Of a stretch of DNA of 47,693 nt, positions 1 through 12,900 are shown one piece after another. Source of the stretch: Proteromonas lacertae (Eukaryota); assembly GCA_002245135.1 (NCBI GenBank), contig NGBS01001208.1, positions 1 through 47,693 on the forward strand. The letters are read 5' to 3'. The stretch's first letter is position 1. Every line of letters starts with the position of its first letter. Below the pieces are notes generated by a model. That model was not told the origin of the DNA. It saw only the letters and a program-made list of their open reading frames with translations, and searched no databases. The position numbers and the translations under genes were made by a program.

Positions 1-679
1 TAATAAAAATAAAATTCCTTCTACTGTATCATCAACTGTTGTTTTTACTTTACTTATACTTTTCACATCTAATAGTTTTCATTCGGATTTCTCATTATTA
101 TATCTGTTTTATAGTTTATTAAGTCTTTTAACTCTTCAATACATTCTAAATAACTACTATTTTCATTTTTTATTTCTTCTTCACACACTTCTAATAATTC
201 TTTTATTTCTTCAACTGATGTATCATTTATTGTTCTTCCTAATTCTTCTAGTTTCTCTCTTATATTATTATTTCCATAATTAATTGTATTTAATACTCTT
301 GTTTTTAGTTTTAAAGTTAATGGCAATTCATTGAATATTTTGGATAATAAATTGTAATTCTTATTTCTCTCATTCTTTTCATTTTCATAATTATTATCAT
401 CATCAATTATACTTCATTTTCAAACTTGTTTGATTGAAGATTTGCCTTTTTTACAATTTTGATTTATTGTTATTACTAAGTGTTCTATATACTTCTTCAT
501 TTGTAATGGTTTCGGATGTTGATAATGGATCAAGGAAATCATCAGTTTGACATTCTTTTTCTATTGATACATATTCTTTTTCAGCATTTGTTTTCTTTTA
601 TATTTATATGAAATGAAGGAGGTAATGTTTTATCTTTATCATTATCTTTCATATATCCAAATAAATTCTATATTTTTAA

Positions 680-773
<94 letters not shown>

Positions 774-1586
774 TATACATCAGTTACTTCTTTCAATTGA
801 GCTTCTACTCTTTTATATTCTTTATCACTTTGAATCATCAATTTATCCACTTTCTTCAATGTATTTTCAACATCATCATCTTCACCAGCATTTTCCTTTA
901 ACAATCTCTTCAATTCAACTGCATGGCAAAACCTTCTAATATTTAATGCTCTCAATTTGTCCTGCTCTTTGATAATATATTCTAGCTTTTCTTCTGGGCT
1001 TAATTCACACAGTAATTCATTTAATTCTCGTTTTTGTAATATCATATTCACTGAATGACTAACATCTAAATCTTCTTGATTTTTCATTAATAATGTTTCT
1101 ATTCTTTTATTGGTTGTTTTTAGTAGGTTTAAATGTGTATCTAAAATTTCATTATATTCTTTATCATCTAAAATATTTTCACTTTTCTCTTTTTGTCTTT
1201 TCAAGATTTTCTCTAAGTGATCTGTTCCTTCTGCTGCACTTAGACTTTCCAATTCTTTGAAATTTCTTTCTACTGTATCTACTCTTTCTTTAGATTCTTT
1301 TAAACACTCTATCATTCTATCATGACAAAATTTTTCATCTATTGACAATAAACATTCTTCTAATTGATCTCTCAATTTTAAACGATTTATTTCATTTTTG
1401 AGATTCTTCACTAGTGCATTTCCAACTCCACTTACTGTTTCATTTATTTCTTGTCTCAGTTGATAGGATACTGGACATCCGATCGGTTTATGAGTATTTC
1501 CCATTCCTACACCAACAGTCTCTAACAAATAAAAGAAATTAGAAAATACGAAAATGCTGAGAAGGTAACTCATATCTTGCTTTCAT
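1..1586 (-). CDS. Uncharacterised coiled-coil protein; spliced, with a disrupted or uncertain 3' part that runs off the window start
   Basis: ATG at 1586. Removing a 28-nt GT-AG intron (1549-1522) gives MKARYELPSQHFQTVGVGMGNTHKPIG..., in frame with ORF 668..1573. A second intron (778-668) contains the (TAA)n tract. Downstream coding-like pieces (e.g. ORF 69..326) join only through several frameshifts. Confidence 0.6.
681..773. repeat. (TAA/ATA)n microsatellite, ~31 units, inside an intron
   Basis: Directly visible. On the minus strand it is flanked by GTATAT (778) and ATAG (668), which explains the poly-Ile run in the ORF track. Confidence 0.95.
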
Positions 1587-1789
1587 TGTTTATGTATTTC
1601 TTATACAATATTAGTTCATAAAATTTAAATTAAATGAAATACAAATAGAATATGTATTGAATTGTATTGATGTGTATTAGAAACAATTGATAATAAAGGT
1701 TTTTTAAATCACTATACACAAACCGTTTTTATTATTTATCGTTTTTTAATTTATTAACTCAGTATGAATTGCATTAATTTATTGTAGAG

Positions 1790-2895
1790 ATGGATATGGT
1801 AAATCCCTATACTAGAAATCAATTGGTGAAAAAACCTGCACCGCACAGTGAACCAATTGATAATGTCTCTATTAAAATTATACCCAAAGAAAGAAAAAAC
1901 AAAGAAACTGCATCATGTTTTGATACTACTGGGATTACAAACAAAAGTATATATTTTTTGTTTATTAACCAAATTATATAGAAACGACCAGGAGATTTAA
2001 CAAAAAAATATACAACCTTCAAAAAAGACGATGATGGATTTGCAGAACATATAACAACTCAAAAACCAGATCCAAGACGTTGGTTGACAAAAGGCACAGG
2101 AACAGGAGGTTTAGCTGGTACTCAAGCCAAAGAAATAGTATTTATATATTTTTATATTGTTATAAATAGATATTAGAAGAACATGGACCAATGTTAATTA
2201 AAAAACCACATCCACCACCAGCAGGTGCAAGAGCTGCTCGTATCAATCCACCCAATACAGATTTCAGAAGATTCTACGAAAGAGGTGACTTACCAGTGTA
2301 TTTACAAGGAACAGGAAAGGCAAGTTTGAAATGGAAGGTGAATGATATAAAATTATTGGATTATCACCATTATTTACCTTTATTCTTTGATGGTCTTCGT
2401 GAAATTGAACATCCATATAGTACAATAGCTGAATTAGGAACGATTGACTTATTGGAGAAAGGTGGAGCAAAGAGAGTACTACCAGTTATTCCACAATTAA
2501 TTATACCAATTAAAAGTATATATTATATATCATATTTATGTTAATTAGACGCATTGAACAGTAGAGATGCTTTAGTCATCGTAAAGACATTGCGAATAAT
2601 TAGAATATTAATAGAAGTGGATCAACCTATTCCAGGTGAGGATAACGAAGAAAGAACAGGATTAATTGGATTATCATTAGTTCCATATTACAGACAAATA
2701 TTACCAATATTAAACATATTTTATTCAAAGAATATTAACATTGGAGATCAAATCGATTACCATCAACAGAAGCATGACAATATTGGTGATTTAATTCAAG
2801 ATACACTAGAACTATTAGAACAAACAGGAGGAGAAGATGCATTCATAAATATAAAGTATTTAGTTCCAACATATCAAAGTGTTCTTATTAATTAA
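1790..2895 (+). CDS. PACRG: Parkin co-regulated gene protein (axonemal inner-junction protein) with an N-terminal extension
   Basis: Hallmark peptides [58 protein letters not shown] and [18 protein letters not shown]. Introns 2138-2169 (32 nt) and 2516-2548 (33 nt) restore the frame. The first intron starts at 1947, but its acceptor is ambiguous (1981 is out of frame, 1991 is in frame). Confidence 0.95.
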
Positions 2896-3012
2896 TTGTT
2901 AATTCAACTCTTTTTTTTAAATAAAATATTATATATAATACTTGGTGGTTTTGATTTTATTGTACATACAAATATATATTACAAAAAATGAATTAAATTA
3001 ATAAATAATCTA

Positions 3013-3838
3013 TTAATCTCTTCTATTCCTACTTCTACTTCTACCCCTTGATCTATTTCTATTTCTACTTCTGCTTCTTGATCTATCTCTATTATCTCTT
3101 CTGGTAGATGAATTATAACTACTCTTTGAATATGAATTATTATCATTTCTATAATTATTAAAATTCCTTGAACTAATATTATCATATCTTTCTGGTTGTT
3201 GTTGTTTAGTCTCTATTTTAAATTTATTCTCAGCATAAAGTTTCTTATTGAATGGAGCATTAAATGGTCTATCTCTTCCTCCAAATCTCAATTGTCCTGA
3301 TTCTTTCTTCCCTGATAAACCTCCACCCACTCTTCTAGGCTTAAAACCAGGCATTTCTAAAGCTCGCGCATAATCTACTAATATTCTATAATCATCGATT
3401 TGCTTTCTATGCCCTTTTCTAAATGCTACACGATAATCTGAACTTCTAGTAAATTCTACAAAAGCATATCCTTTTGATGCACCTGTTACGACGTCTCTTA
3501 TTAATTTCACTCTTTTTACTTGACCAAATCGAGAAAAAAATTCTTTAAGTGTATCTTCCGTTGTTATATAACTATTTTAAAACTTAGAATTAATATAATA
3601 CTTCAATCTAGAGACAAATAAAGTCAATAAAGGATTTCCTTTGATATTAGAATCACTTTCAGGTTTATCTAAATAATTTTGTTATAATTAATATATTTAT
3701 ACAATTATATTTAAGAGCTCTGACTAAACCTTTATCATGAGGTTTTTCATCAGTTCCATCAATGCTACCATTCTTAATACAGTCATAAACATGAGAGTAC
3801 CAACGTCCTAGAGGTGGCCTATCATTGTAAAATGACAT
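3013..3838 (-). CDS. SNRNP35: U11/U12 snRNP 35 kDa protein (RRM plus RS-rich tail)
   Basis: ATG at 3838, with introns 3702-3669 (34 nt) and 3601-3572 (30 nt). The spliced product contains GSIDGTDEKPHD, GNPLLTLFVSRLN, IRDVVTGASKGYAFVEF and PRRVGGGLSGKKESGQLRFGGRDRPF. The GSIDGTD and KKESGQLRFGGRDRPF motifs distinguish 35K from U1-70K. Confidence 0.92.
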
Positions 3839-3916
3839 TTAGAAAAAATGAATAAAAAAGCTTGTTAAAAACTTGTATTTTTGAATCAGTTATTTAATTT
3901 TTTTTATTTAATAAGA
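3839..3916. promoter_or_regulatory. Putative very compact bidirectional promoter / overlapping 5' UTR region
   Basis: Only 78 bp separate the divergent start codons of SNRNP35 (3838, minus) and the giant gene (3917, plus). Confidence 0.5.
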
Positions 3917-6900
3917 ATGCTGTTTTATATCATTTATCTTTTAATATGCTGTTATACGTCATATGTATATTCCTGTAACTCAAATGAATATTATGATGGA
4001 AGTAATTGTGTTATTTGTGAAATTGGTAATTATTGTGATGGAACTAATAAACATACTTGTAGTAGTGGTTATTATTGTCCACCAGGTTCTGATTCTCAGA
4101 CAAAATGTGCTGCTGGCAATTATTGTCCTACTCCAAGTCAACAGCTGAAATGTTCAAGTGGTAGTTATTGTCCAGCTGGTATTACTTCTCCATCTCAATG
4201 TGCTGCTGGCAATTATTGTCCTACTCCAAGTCAACAGCTGAAATGTTCAAGTGGTAGTTATTGTCCAGCTGGTTCTTCTACTAATGATCAATGTGCTGCT
4301 GGTTATTACTGTCCTACTCCAAGTCAACAGCTGAAATGTTCAAGTGGTAGTTATTGTCCAGCTGGTATTACTTCTCCATCTCAATGTGCTGCTGGCAATT
4401 ATTGTCCTACTCCAAGTCAACAGCTGAAATGTTCAAGTGGTAGTTATTGCCCAGCTGGTTCTTCTACTAATGATCAATGTGCTGCTGGCAATTATTGTCC
4501 TACTCCAAGTCAACAGCTGAAATGTTCAAGTGGTAGTTATTGTCCAGCTGGTTCTTCTACTAATGATCAATGTGCTGCTGGTTATTACTGTCCTACTCCA
4601 AGTCAACAGCTGAAATGTTCAAGTGGTAGTTATTGTCCAGCTGGTATTACTTCTCCATCTCAATGTGCTGCTGGCAATTATTGTCCTACTCCAAGTCAAC
4701 AGCTGAAATGTTCAAGTGGTAGTTATTGTCCAGCTGGTATTACTTCTCCATCTCAATGTGCTGCTGGCAATTATTGTCCTACTCCAAGTCAACAGCTGAA
4801 ATGTTCAAGTGGTAGTTATTGTCCAGCTGGTTCTTCTACTAATGATCAATGTCCTGCTAGTTATTACTGTCCTTCACCTTCACTAAGATATTCATGTTCT
4901 AGTGGATATTATTGTCCTGCTGGTTCAACAAGTCATAACAAATGTGATGGAGGTTATTATTGTCCAGATACAAAAACAAAGAATGCTTGTACAGCTGGTA
5001 ATTATTGTCCATCAGGTTCTACATATGAAAGAACATGTTCAGCTGGTTATTATTGTCCTGCTAAAAGTGATAGTCAAACGCAATGTACTGCTGGTCATTA
5101 TTGTCCTGCTGGTTCAACAAGCCATAACAAATGTGATGGAGGTTATTATTGTCCAGATACAAAAACAAAGAATGCTTGTACAGCTGGTAATTATTGTCCA
5201 TCAGGTTCTACATATGAAAGAACATGTACAGCTGGTCATTATTGTCCTGCTAAAAGTGACAGTGAAAGTAATTGTCAATTAGGATCATATTGTATTGCAA
5301 AATCATCTTCAGAATCAAAATGTCCAGCAGGTTATTATTGTCCAAACCCAGCACAATTACCACAACAATGTAACGAAGGATATATTGCAGCAACAGAGGC
5401 ATATAGAACTTCATGTAGTATATGTGCAGGTACTACAACACCCAGTAGTGATCATACTCAATGTATAGCATGTCCAGATGGTTATAAATGTAGTAATGGT
5501 GTTAAAAAAGCATGTGGTAATGGAGAATATTCAGATAATGGAGTATGTAAGATATGTAATGGTGGATATAGCTGTAAAAATGATGGAACTATTACTCAAT
5601 GTCCAGCTGGAGAATATTCTAATAGTAAAGATTTAGTATGTCATGATTGTCCTGCTGGTTATTATTGTGGTATAGGTTCAACTACTCCTATAATATGTTT
5701 AAGTGGTAGTTATTGTCCAGCAAAATCATCTTCAGAATCAAAATGTCCAGCTGGTTATTATTGTCCAACAACAACAGAATTATATGTATGTTCTGATGGT
5801 TTTATATCATCTGCAGGTTCTACATCCTGTAATAATAAATGTCCAGCAATGCATTACTGTCCAGATCATATTAATGAATATAGTTGTCCAAGTGGATTGT
5901 TTTCACAAGCTGGAGCGATAGAATGCCACTTTTGTCCTGCTGGCTATTCATGCAATTCTAATGGTGTTGAAACTCAATGTAATCCTGGTACTTATTCTAA
6001 ATATGGTGAAACTATATGTAATCAATGTCCAGCTGGTCATGAATGTATTGATCCTTCAACAGATCCCACAATATGTAAAAATGGATTTTATAGTACAGGT
6101 GGTAAAAAATTGTGTGAAGTATGCCCAGCAGGTAATAGTTGTACAATTAAGTCAACTACTGCATGTTCATCTGGTAGTTATTCACAAAAAGGTGATATGG
6201 TATGTTATGATTGTCAGCCAGGTTATATATGTCCAAATAAAGATGGAACTGGTATAGTGAAATGTCCAGAAGGATCTTATTCTGCATCAAAACAAACTAC
6301 TTGCAAAGCCTGTCCAGCTGGAAAAAGATGTTATTATGATGGTTCAAATGTTATAGAAGATAACTGTGAATTAGGTTGGTATTCATTGGATAATGATATG
6401 GAATGTCATCCATGTCCAGCAGGTTCAAAATGTCCAAATGCAAATACATCGCCAATTGAATGTAATCCTGGTGAATATTCTGAGTCTGCAAAACAATCAT
6501 GCTCACCATGTGGAAAAGGTTCGTATTGTCCTGATACATCTCATAAATATCAATGTCCATTTGGTACTTATAGTAATGATAGTAGTGTATTATGTACTAA
6601 ATGTCCTGCTGGTAAAAGTTGTTCAAAGGATGGAATTCAAAATAATTGTGTTACAGGTACATGGTCATTAGAAGGTGATGGAATATGCAAAAAATGTCCA
6701 CCAGGTTATAAATGTCCTAATAATGATCAACCACCAATTCCTTGTGCTAGAGGAGAATATAATAATGCAGAAAATCAAATTAGTTGTAAAATATGTCCAG
6801 CTGGTAGTCAATGTGATAATCCAGCAATAGCTCCAGCTGAATGTCCTGCTGGTTATTATAGTACTGATGGTGCAACTAAATGTACATTGTGTGAAGCAGG

Positions 6901-9900
6901 TCATCTATGTAAAGCAGGATCAACATCAAGTACTGCTGGTGATCTATGTCCAACAGGTGGTTATTGTGATTCTCCTTATTTTACACCATGTCCATCTGGT
7001 ACGTATAATCCATCAACAGGTAGTACATCAAAATCAGCATGTTTACCATGTTCAGCAGGTAAATATTGTCCAGTCGGAACAACTCAACCAATAAGTTGTC
7101 CAAAAGGTCATTATTGTCCAGACAGTACAAAATATGGCAATGAATATCCTTGCCCAGCTGGAACTTACAATGATCAAACAGATAAATCATTAGTAACTGA
7201 GTGTTTATCATGTCCAGCAGGTAAATATTGTCCAGTTGGATCTATATCAGCTATCTTAGATTGTCCTAAAGGATATTATTGTCCATCAGACACACAAACA
7301 CCAAAACAACATCCATGTCCAGCAGGTACTTATAATGATAAAGCAGGACAAACGTCAGCTACTGTTTGTCAGACATGTGAAATAGGACATTATTGTCCAC
7401 AAGGATCACCTTATCAATTGCTTTGTCCAAGAGGAACTTACAATGGATTGACAGGAAAAGGTTCAATTAATGATTGTATACAATGTACTGCAGGTTATGC
7501 TTGTCCACACGCAGGATTGACAAAACCATCTGATAATTGTACGGAAGGTCATTATTGTCCAACAGGAACTATCTATCCAACATCACATCCATGTCCAGCA
7601 GGCACTTACACTGATTCTATACATTTAACTAAAGAGAGTGATTGTACAAAATGTCCAGCTACAAAAGTATGTTTTAAAGGAACAGGAGGTACAAACAAAC
7701 CTTCCAGATGTGCAAAAGGTTATTATTGTCCTGAAGGTACATCTTATGCATCACAATATCCATGTCCTGAAGGTACTTTTTCAAATAGAACAGATTTAAA
7801 ATCACCATCAGAATGTTATCCATGTCCAGCAGGAATGTATTGCAGAGGAGGTCAAGTCAAGCCTGATGGACCATGTGCTGTTGGTCACTATTGTCCAGAG
7901 AATACAACTAAACCACATCAATTCCCTTGTGCAGCTGGTACTTGGACAAATCAAACAAATTTGACATCTCAGAATGAATGTTATGAATGTCCAGTTGGTT
8001 CTTATTGTGTTGCTGGTAGTAGTAAACCAGTGTTTTGTCCAGCAGGAATGTATAGAAATACAGTGAATGCCACACATGGTAATGCTTGTCTTCCATGTAC
8101 AGCTGGTAATTATTGTCCATTAAAAACAGTTAATCCAATACCTTGTGGATTTGGTTATTATTCTAATGAAAGTGCATCAGAATGTTCATTATGTTGGAGA
8201 GGTTATTATTGTAATAACAATACAGTAACATTCAGTGATATGAAGAGTAAGAAATGTCATGCTGGTTATTATTGTGGATTAGGAATGACACAACCACCAA
8301 CATCACCTAATAACGATTGTCCTGTTGGTTATTACTGTGAAGAAGCAACGTTGTGGCCAAAACCATGTGTAGGAGGTACAATTAATAATGTTGCAAAAGC
8401 TACAGATGCTTCATTTTGTAAAACAACACCAGCTGGCGATTACTCTATTGGTGGTCAATCTGAGATTAATGGTGTTTGTTTGCCTGGCTATTATTGTGAA
8501 GATCACAGTTCTGGTAATATTACAATGCCATGCCCAGAAGGAACATATAATCCAAATTACAACATGAAAAAAGTAGGTGATTGTTTAGATTGTCCAAAAG
8601 GCTATTATTGTCCATTAGGTACAGCAGTTCCTATAGAATGTGAACAAGGTTATTATTGTCCACCAAAATCACCAATATCTTTGCCATGTAAACTTGGAAC
8701 TTATGGCTCTAGAATGGGTTTAACTGATGAATCTGAATGTATAAGTTGTCCACCAGGTATGTACTGTGATGCAAATGGTTTAACTTCACCAAGAGGTCCT
8801 TGTGATCCTGGTTATCAATGTTATGGTGGTTCATGGATGTCTGCTCCTAATGATTCATCAATCGGTGGATTATGTGATGCAGGTGGTTATTGTGCTGCAG
8901 GTACAATTGAGACAGCTCCATGTCCAAATGGTAAATTCAATAATGGAACTGGTGGTAGTAGTTTATCAAGCTGTTCAGCTTGTCCACCTGCTCAATATTG
9001 TCGAGGTTCTAATAATGCACAACCAACTGGTTATTGTGCTGCTGGTTATTATTGTGATGGTGGATCTGATACTCCATATCAACATATTTGTCCAATTGGT
9101 TATTATTGTCCTGAAGGTTCAGAAAAACCACATGAATGTCAACCTACTAAATATAATAACAAACTAGGTCAAGCCGAATGTTTTAATTGTACAGCAGGTC
9201 AATATTGTCCAAATACTCAAATGACAGATACTATTGTTTGTCCAGAAGCAAATTATTGTGAAGAAGGATCATCAGAACCTCATAAATGTCCAAGTGGTAC
9301 ATTCTCCAAAGAAGTAGGATTAAAGTCAAAAGATGATTGTGAAATTTGTACTCCTGGTTTTTATTGTTCTGGAGATGGTAATACAGAAGTAACAGGTAAA
9401 TGTGCAGCTGGTTTTATATGCATTGGTGGAGCTACGACTGATAAACCATCTGGTAATGATACAACAGGTAGAATATGTGATTATGGTCATTATTGTCCTG
9501 AAGGTTCTTATACTCCAACACCATGTCCTCCTGGTACTTATAATGATGGAACTTCTAAAACGAGTGTTAATGATTGTAAACCATGTAAAGCTGGTTATTA
9601 TTGTAGTACTTCAGGTTTAAAAGAACCAACAGGTAATTGTAGTGCTGGTTATTACTGTAAAAGTGGTGCAATGTCTTCTACTCCCAATGATGATGAAGTT
9701 AATAATAATTATGGTATTTGTCCACCAGGTACTTATTGTAAAGAAGGATCACAAGAACCAACTAAGTGTGAAGGTTCAACTTATAATTATGCAAGTGGTC
9801 AATCTGAATGTTTTCCATGTCCTGATGGTTTTGATTGTTCATTAGATGATAAAACAATCTATCACGATTGTCCAGCTGGTTATTATTGTAGTAACCAAGA

Positions 9901-12900
9901 GAAACATGGATGTATGATAGGTACTTATAGTAATCAAACCAATTTAAAAACACAAGATGATTGTTTGAATTGTCCACCAGGTCAATATTGTGCTTCTGAA
10001 GGATTAATTAAACCAACTGGTTTATGTAAAGCTGGATTCTATTGTCCAGAAAAGAGTGAGAATAATGAAGGTAAAGTGAATGGTGCAGCTGATGCTTATA
10101 TTTGTCCAAGTGGTCATTATTGTCCAGAAGGTTCTGGTGCTCCAACGAAATGTAGAAAAGGAACTTATCAACCAAATACTCAACAATCAGATTCTTCAAG
10201 TTGTATACAGTGTCCTAAAGGATCATATTGCTCTGAAGAAGGATTATCATCACCAACAGGTTTATGTGCTGAAGGTTATCTTTGCAGTTTAGAAAATATA
10301 GTTTCAACACCAACTCAAGGAATAGATAGTAATGGTATAGGAGGAAGAGCTTGTGCAGCTGGTTATTGGTGTCCAACAGGTGCTACAACAGAGAATGCAT
10401 GTTCACCAGGAAGTTATAATCCAATTCCAGCAAGAGGAAGTTGTGAAGGATGTCCTAGTGGTTATTATTGTCCATATTCTAATATGACTTCTATTTCTGA
10501 TTTTATTTGTCCAACTGGACATTATTGTGCTAGTAATTCTAAAGATAAGATAGCTTGTCCTGCTGGTAAATATAATCCATTAACAGGCCAATCAACAGAT
10601 GATGCTTGTAAAGTATGTCCAAAAGGTTATTATTGCTCAAATGAAGGATTATCATCACCAAGTGGTTTATGTTCTGAAGGTTATTATTGTGATGAAGGTC
10701 AAGTTGTACCAAATCCAGTTCAATGTAATGATGGTGATTATTGTCCTGAAGGATCACCACAACCAACAGATTGTCCACCATCTAAATATTGTTTGAAAGG
10801 TAAAATAATTGGTAATTGTTCTGCTGGTTATTATTGTGATGGTAAAGCAACAACATCTAAACAGAATGAATGCCCAGCTGGTTATTACTGTGAGATTGGA
10901 TCTTCAAAACCACAACCATGTCCAGCAGGAACTTATTCAAGTCAAACCAAACTAACATCTGAATTAGATTGTTTAGATTGTTCATCCAGTTATTATTGTC
11001 CATCTGCAGCTATGAGTACAACAGGCACACAATGTCCTGATGGTTATTACTGTCCAACTAGAACAATTACATTCAATAAAACATGTGAAGAAGGATATTA
11101 TTGTAAGAAAGGAAGTCAAAGTGAATGTCAATTATATACCTATCAGAATGATAAAAAGCAAACAGAATGTAAAGCATGTCCAGAAGGTTATTATTGTGAA
11201 AGAAATACAGTTAAACCACTCGACTGTCCAAGAGGTAGATATTGTAATGGTAGAGAACCATTGCTATGTAGTGTAGGTACATTTAGTAATGATACTAACT
11301 TAGTATTACCAACAGATTGTAAGAAATGTACACCTGGTCATTATTGTGATTCACAAGGATTAACTCAACCATCAGGTGAATGTAGTTCAGGTTATTATTG
11401 TACATTAGGTGCTACAAGTAAAGAACCATCCACACCATGTTCAAGTGGTCATTATTGTCCAAGTGGTTCTGTTTTACCAACTCCCTGTCCAGCTGGTACT
11501 TATCGACTTGATACTCATGGTACTTCTAATAGATCTTGTACAGAATGTGATTTTTATAAGATTTGTCCATATCCTGGTTTATCTTCACCATATGAAACAT
11601 GTGATGATGGTTATTTATGTGATAAGAATGGTTTAGAAATTGTAGAAGAAAGTTTATTATGTCCAGAAGGTGCTTCTTGCTCATTAGGTAAAATTACTCT
11701 TTGTGAGAAAACAAAATATGTTAATTATAAAGGTGCTTCATCATGTAACAACTGTCCAGATGGTTTCTATTGTCCAACATCCAATATGACATTACCACTA
11801 ATCTGTCCAACAGGATCATATTGTAAACAAGGAACTATTTCAAATTGTGCAAAAGGATCATTCAATAATCTAACAGGTGTAACTGATAATGCATGTGATA
11901 AATGTTTAGAAGGTTATTATTGTCCAAGTACTGGTTTATCAGTTCCACAGAATCCATGTGAATTAGGCAGACAATGTGGTGAAGGTCTTTCAAATGCAAT
12001 TACATTATGCTCTCCAGGTAAATACTGTCCATTAGGTTCAATCACTGGTATTTCCTGTCCAATTGGTACTTATAATAAACAACAAGGAGGAACAGATATA
12101 TCATCATGTAAACCATGTCCAAGTGGTTATTATTGTCCTGAATCTAGTACAGTTAATTATGAAACAAATAGATGTAAGAAGGGTTATTATTGTCCAACTT
12201 ACAGTTATACATTTAACACTAGTTTATTATGTACGAATGGTTCTTATTGTGATGTATTTAGTTCAAAACCAAATGATTGTAAAGATGGTTCTTATATGGA
12301 TCATGAAGGTTCAGGCAAATGTGAAGAATGTCCTTCTGGTTATTACTGTCCAATTCACAGTGTATTTCCGCAATTATGTCTTCCAGGTTCTTATTGTGAA
12401 TCAAAGAGAGGTTCATCTACTCAATGTCCATCAGGATCTTACAATCCATTCAATGGTTCACAATCAAGAGAGAATTGCACTGAATGTCCACCAGGTTATT
12501 ACTGTCCAACAATAGGTGAAAGCTCATATCCAACAACCAAATGTTCAGCAGGTTATTATTGTCCAACAGGTCAGAATAGAGATAAAACAAACGAATTTCA
12601 ATGTAAAATTGGTCATTATTGTGAAGAAGGTTCAACTTATCCAATTCCATGTCCATCTGGCACTTATCAAAGATCAACTACTCAATCAACTTGTACACCC
12701 TGTGATGCTGGTTATATTTGTCCATATGAAGGTAAAGATAGATCTTCTATTGAATGTCCTTCAGGATATTATTGTTCTTCTAATATGTCTTATGTTACTG
12801 AAGATAATTTCTGTTTACCAGGTCAATATTGTCAATCCAAAACAAGTATTCCATTAAAATGTTCAGTTGGTACTTACAATATGAATAATGGTTCAGAAAC

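Noticed and set aside
668..790. Poly-isoleucine C-terminus of ORF 668..1573 as a TM segment
   Set aside because: It is an intronic (ATT)n microsatellite bounded by GT and AG.
1720..1730. AAACCGTTTTT motif upstream of PACRG, also at ~43039 upstream of paralogue 3
   Set aside because: Two occurrences of a short motif are not enough to call a regulatory site.
3013..3838. U1-70K (SNRNP70) assignment
   Set aside because: The N-terminal GSIDGTD..PHD and C-terminal KKESGQLRFGGRDRPF motifs are characteristic of U11/U12-35K.
4106..4849. Regular repeat array resembling a CRISPR locus
   Set aside because: The units are contiguous, in-frame 93-bp coding repeats with only two alternating variants. There are no unique spacers or cas genes, and the context is eukaryotic.
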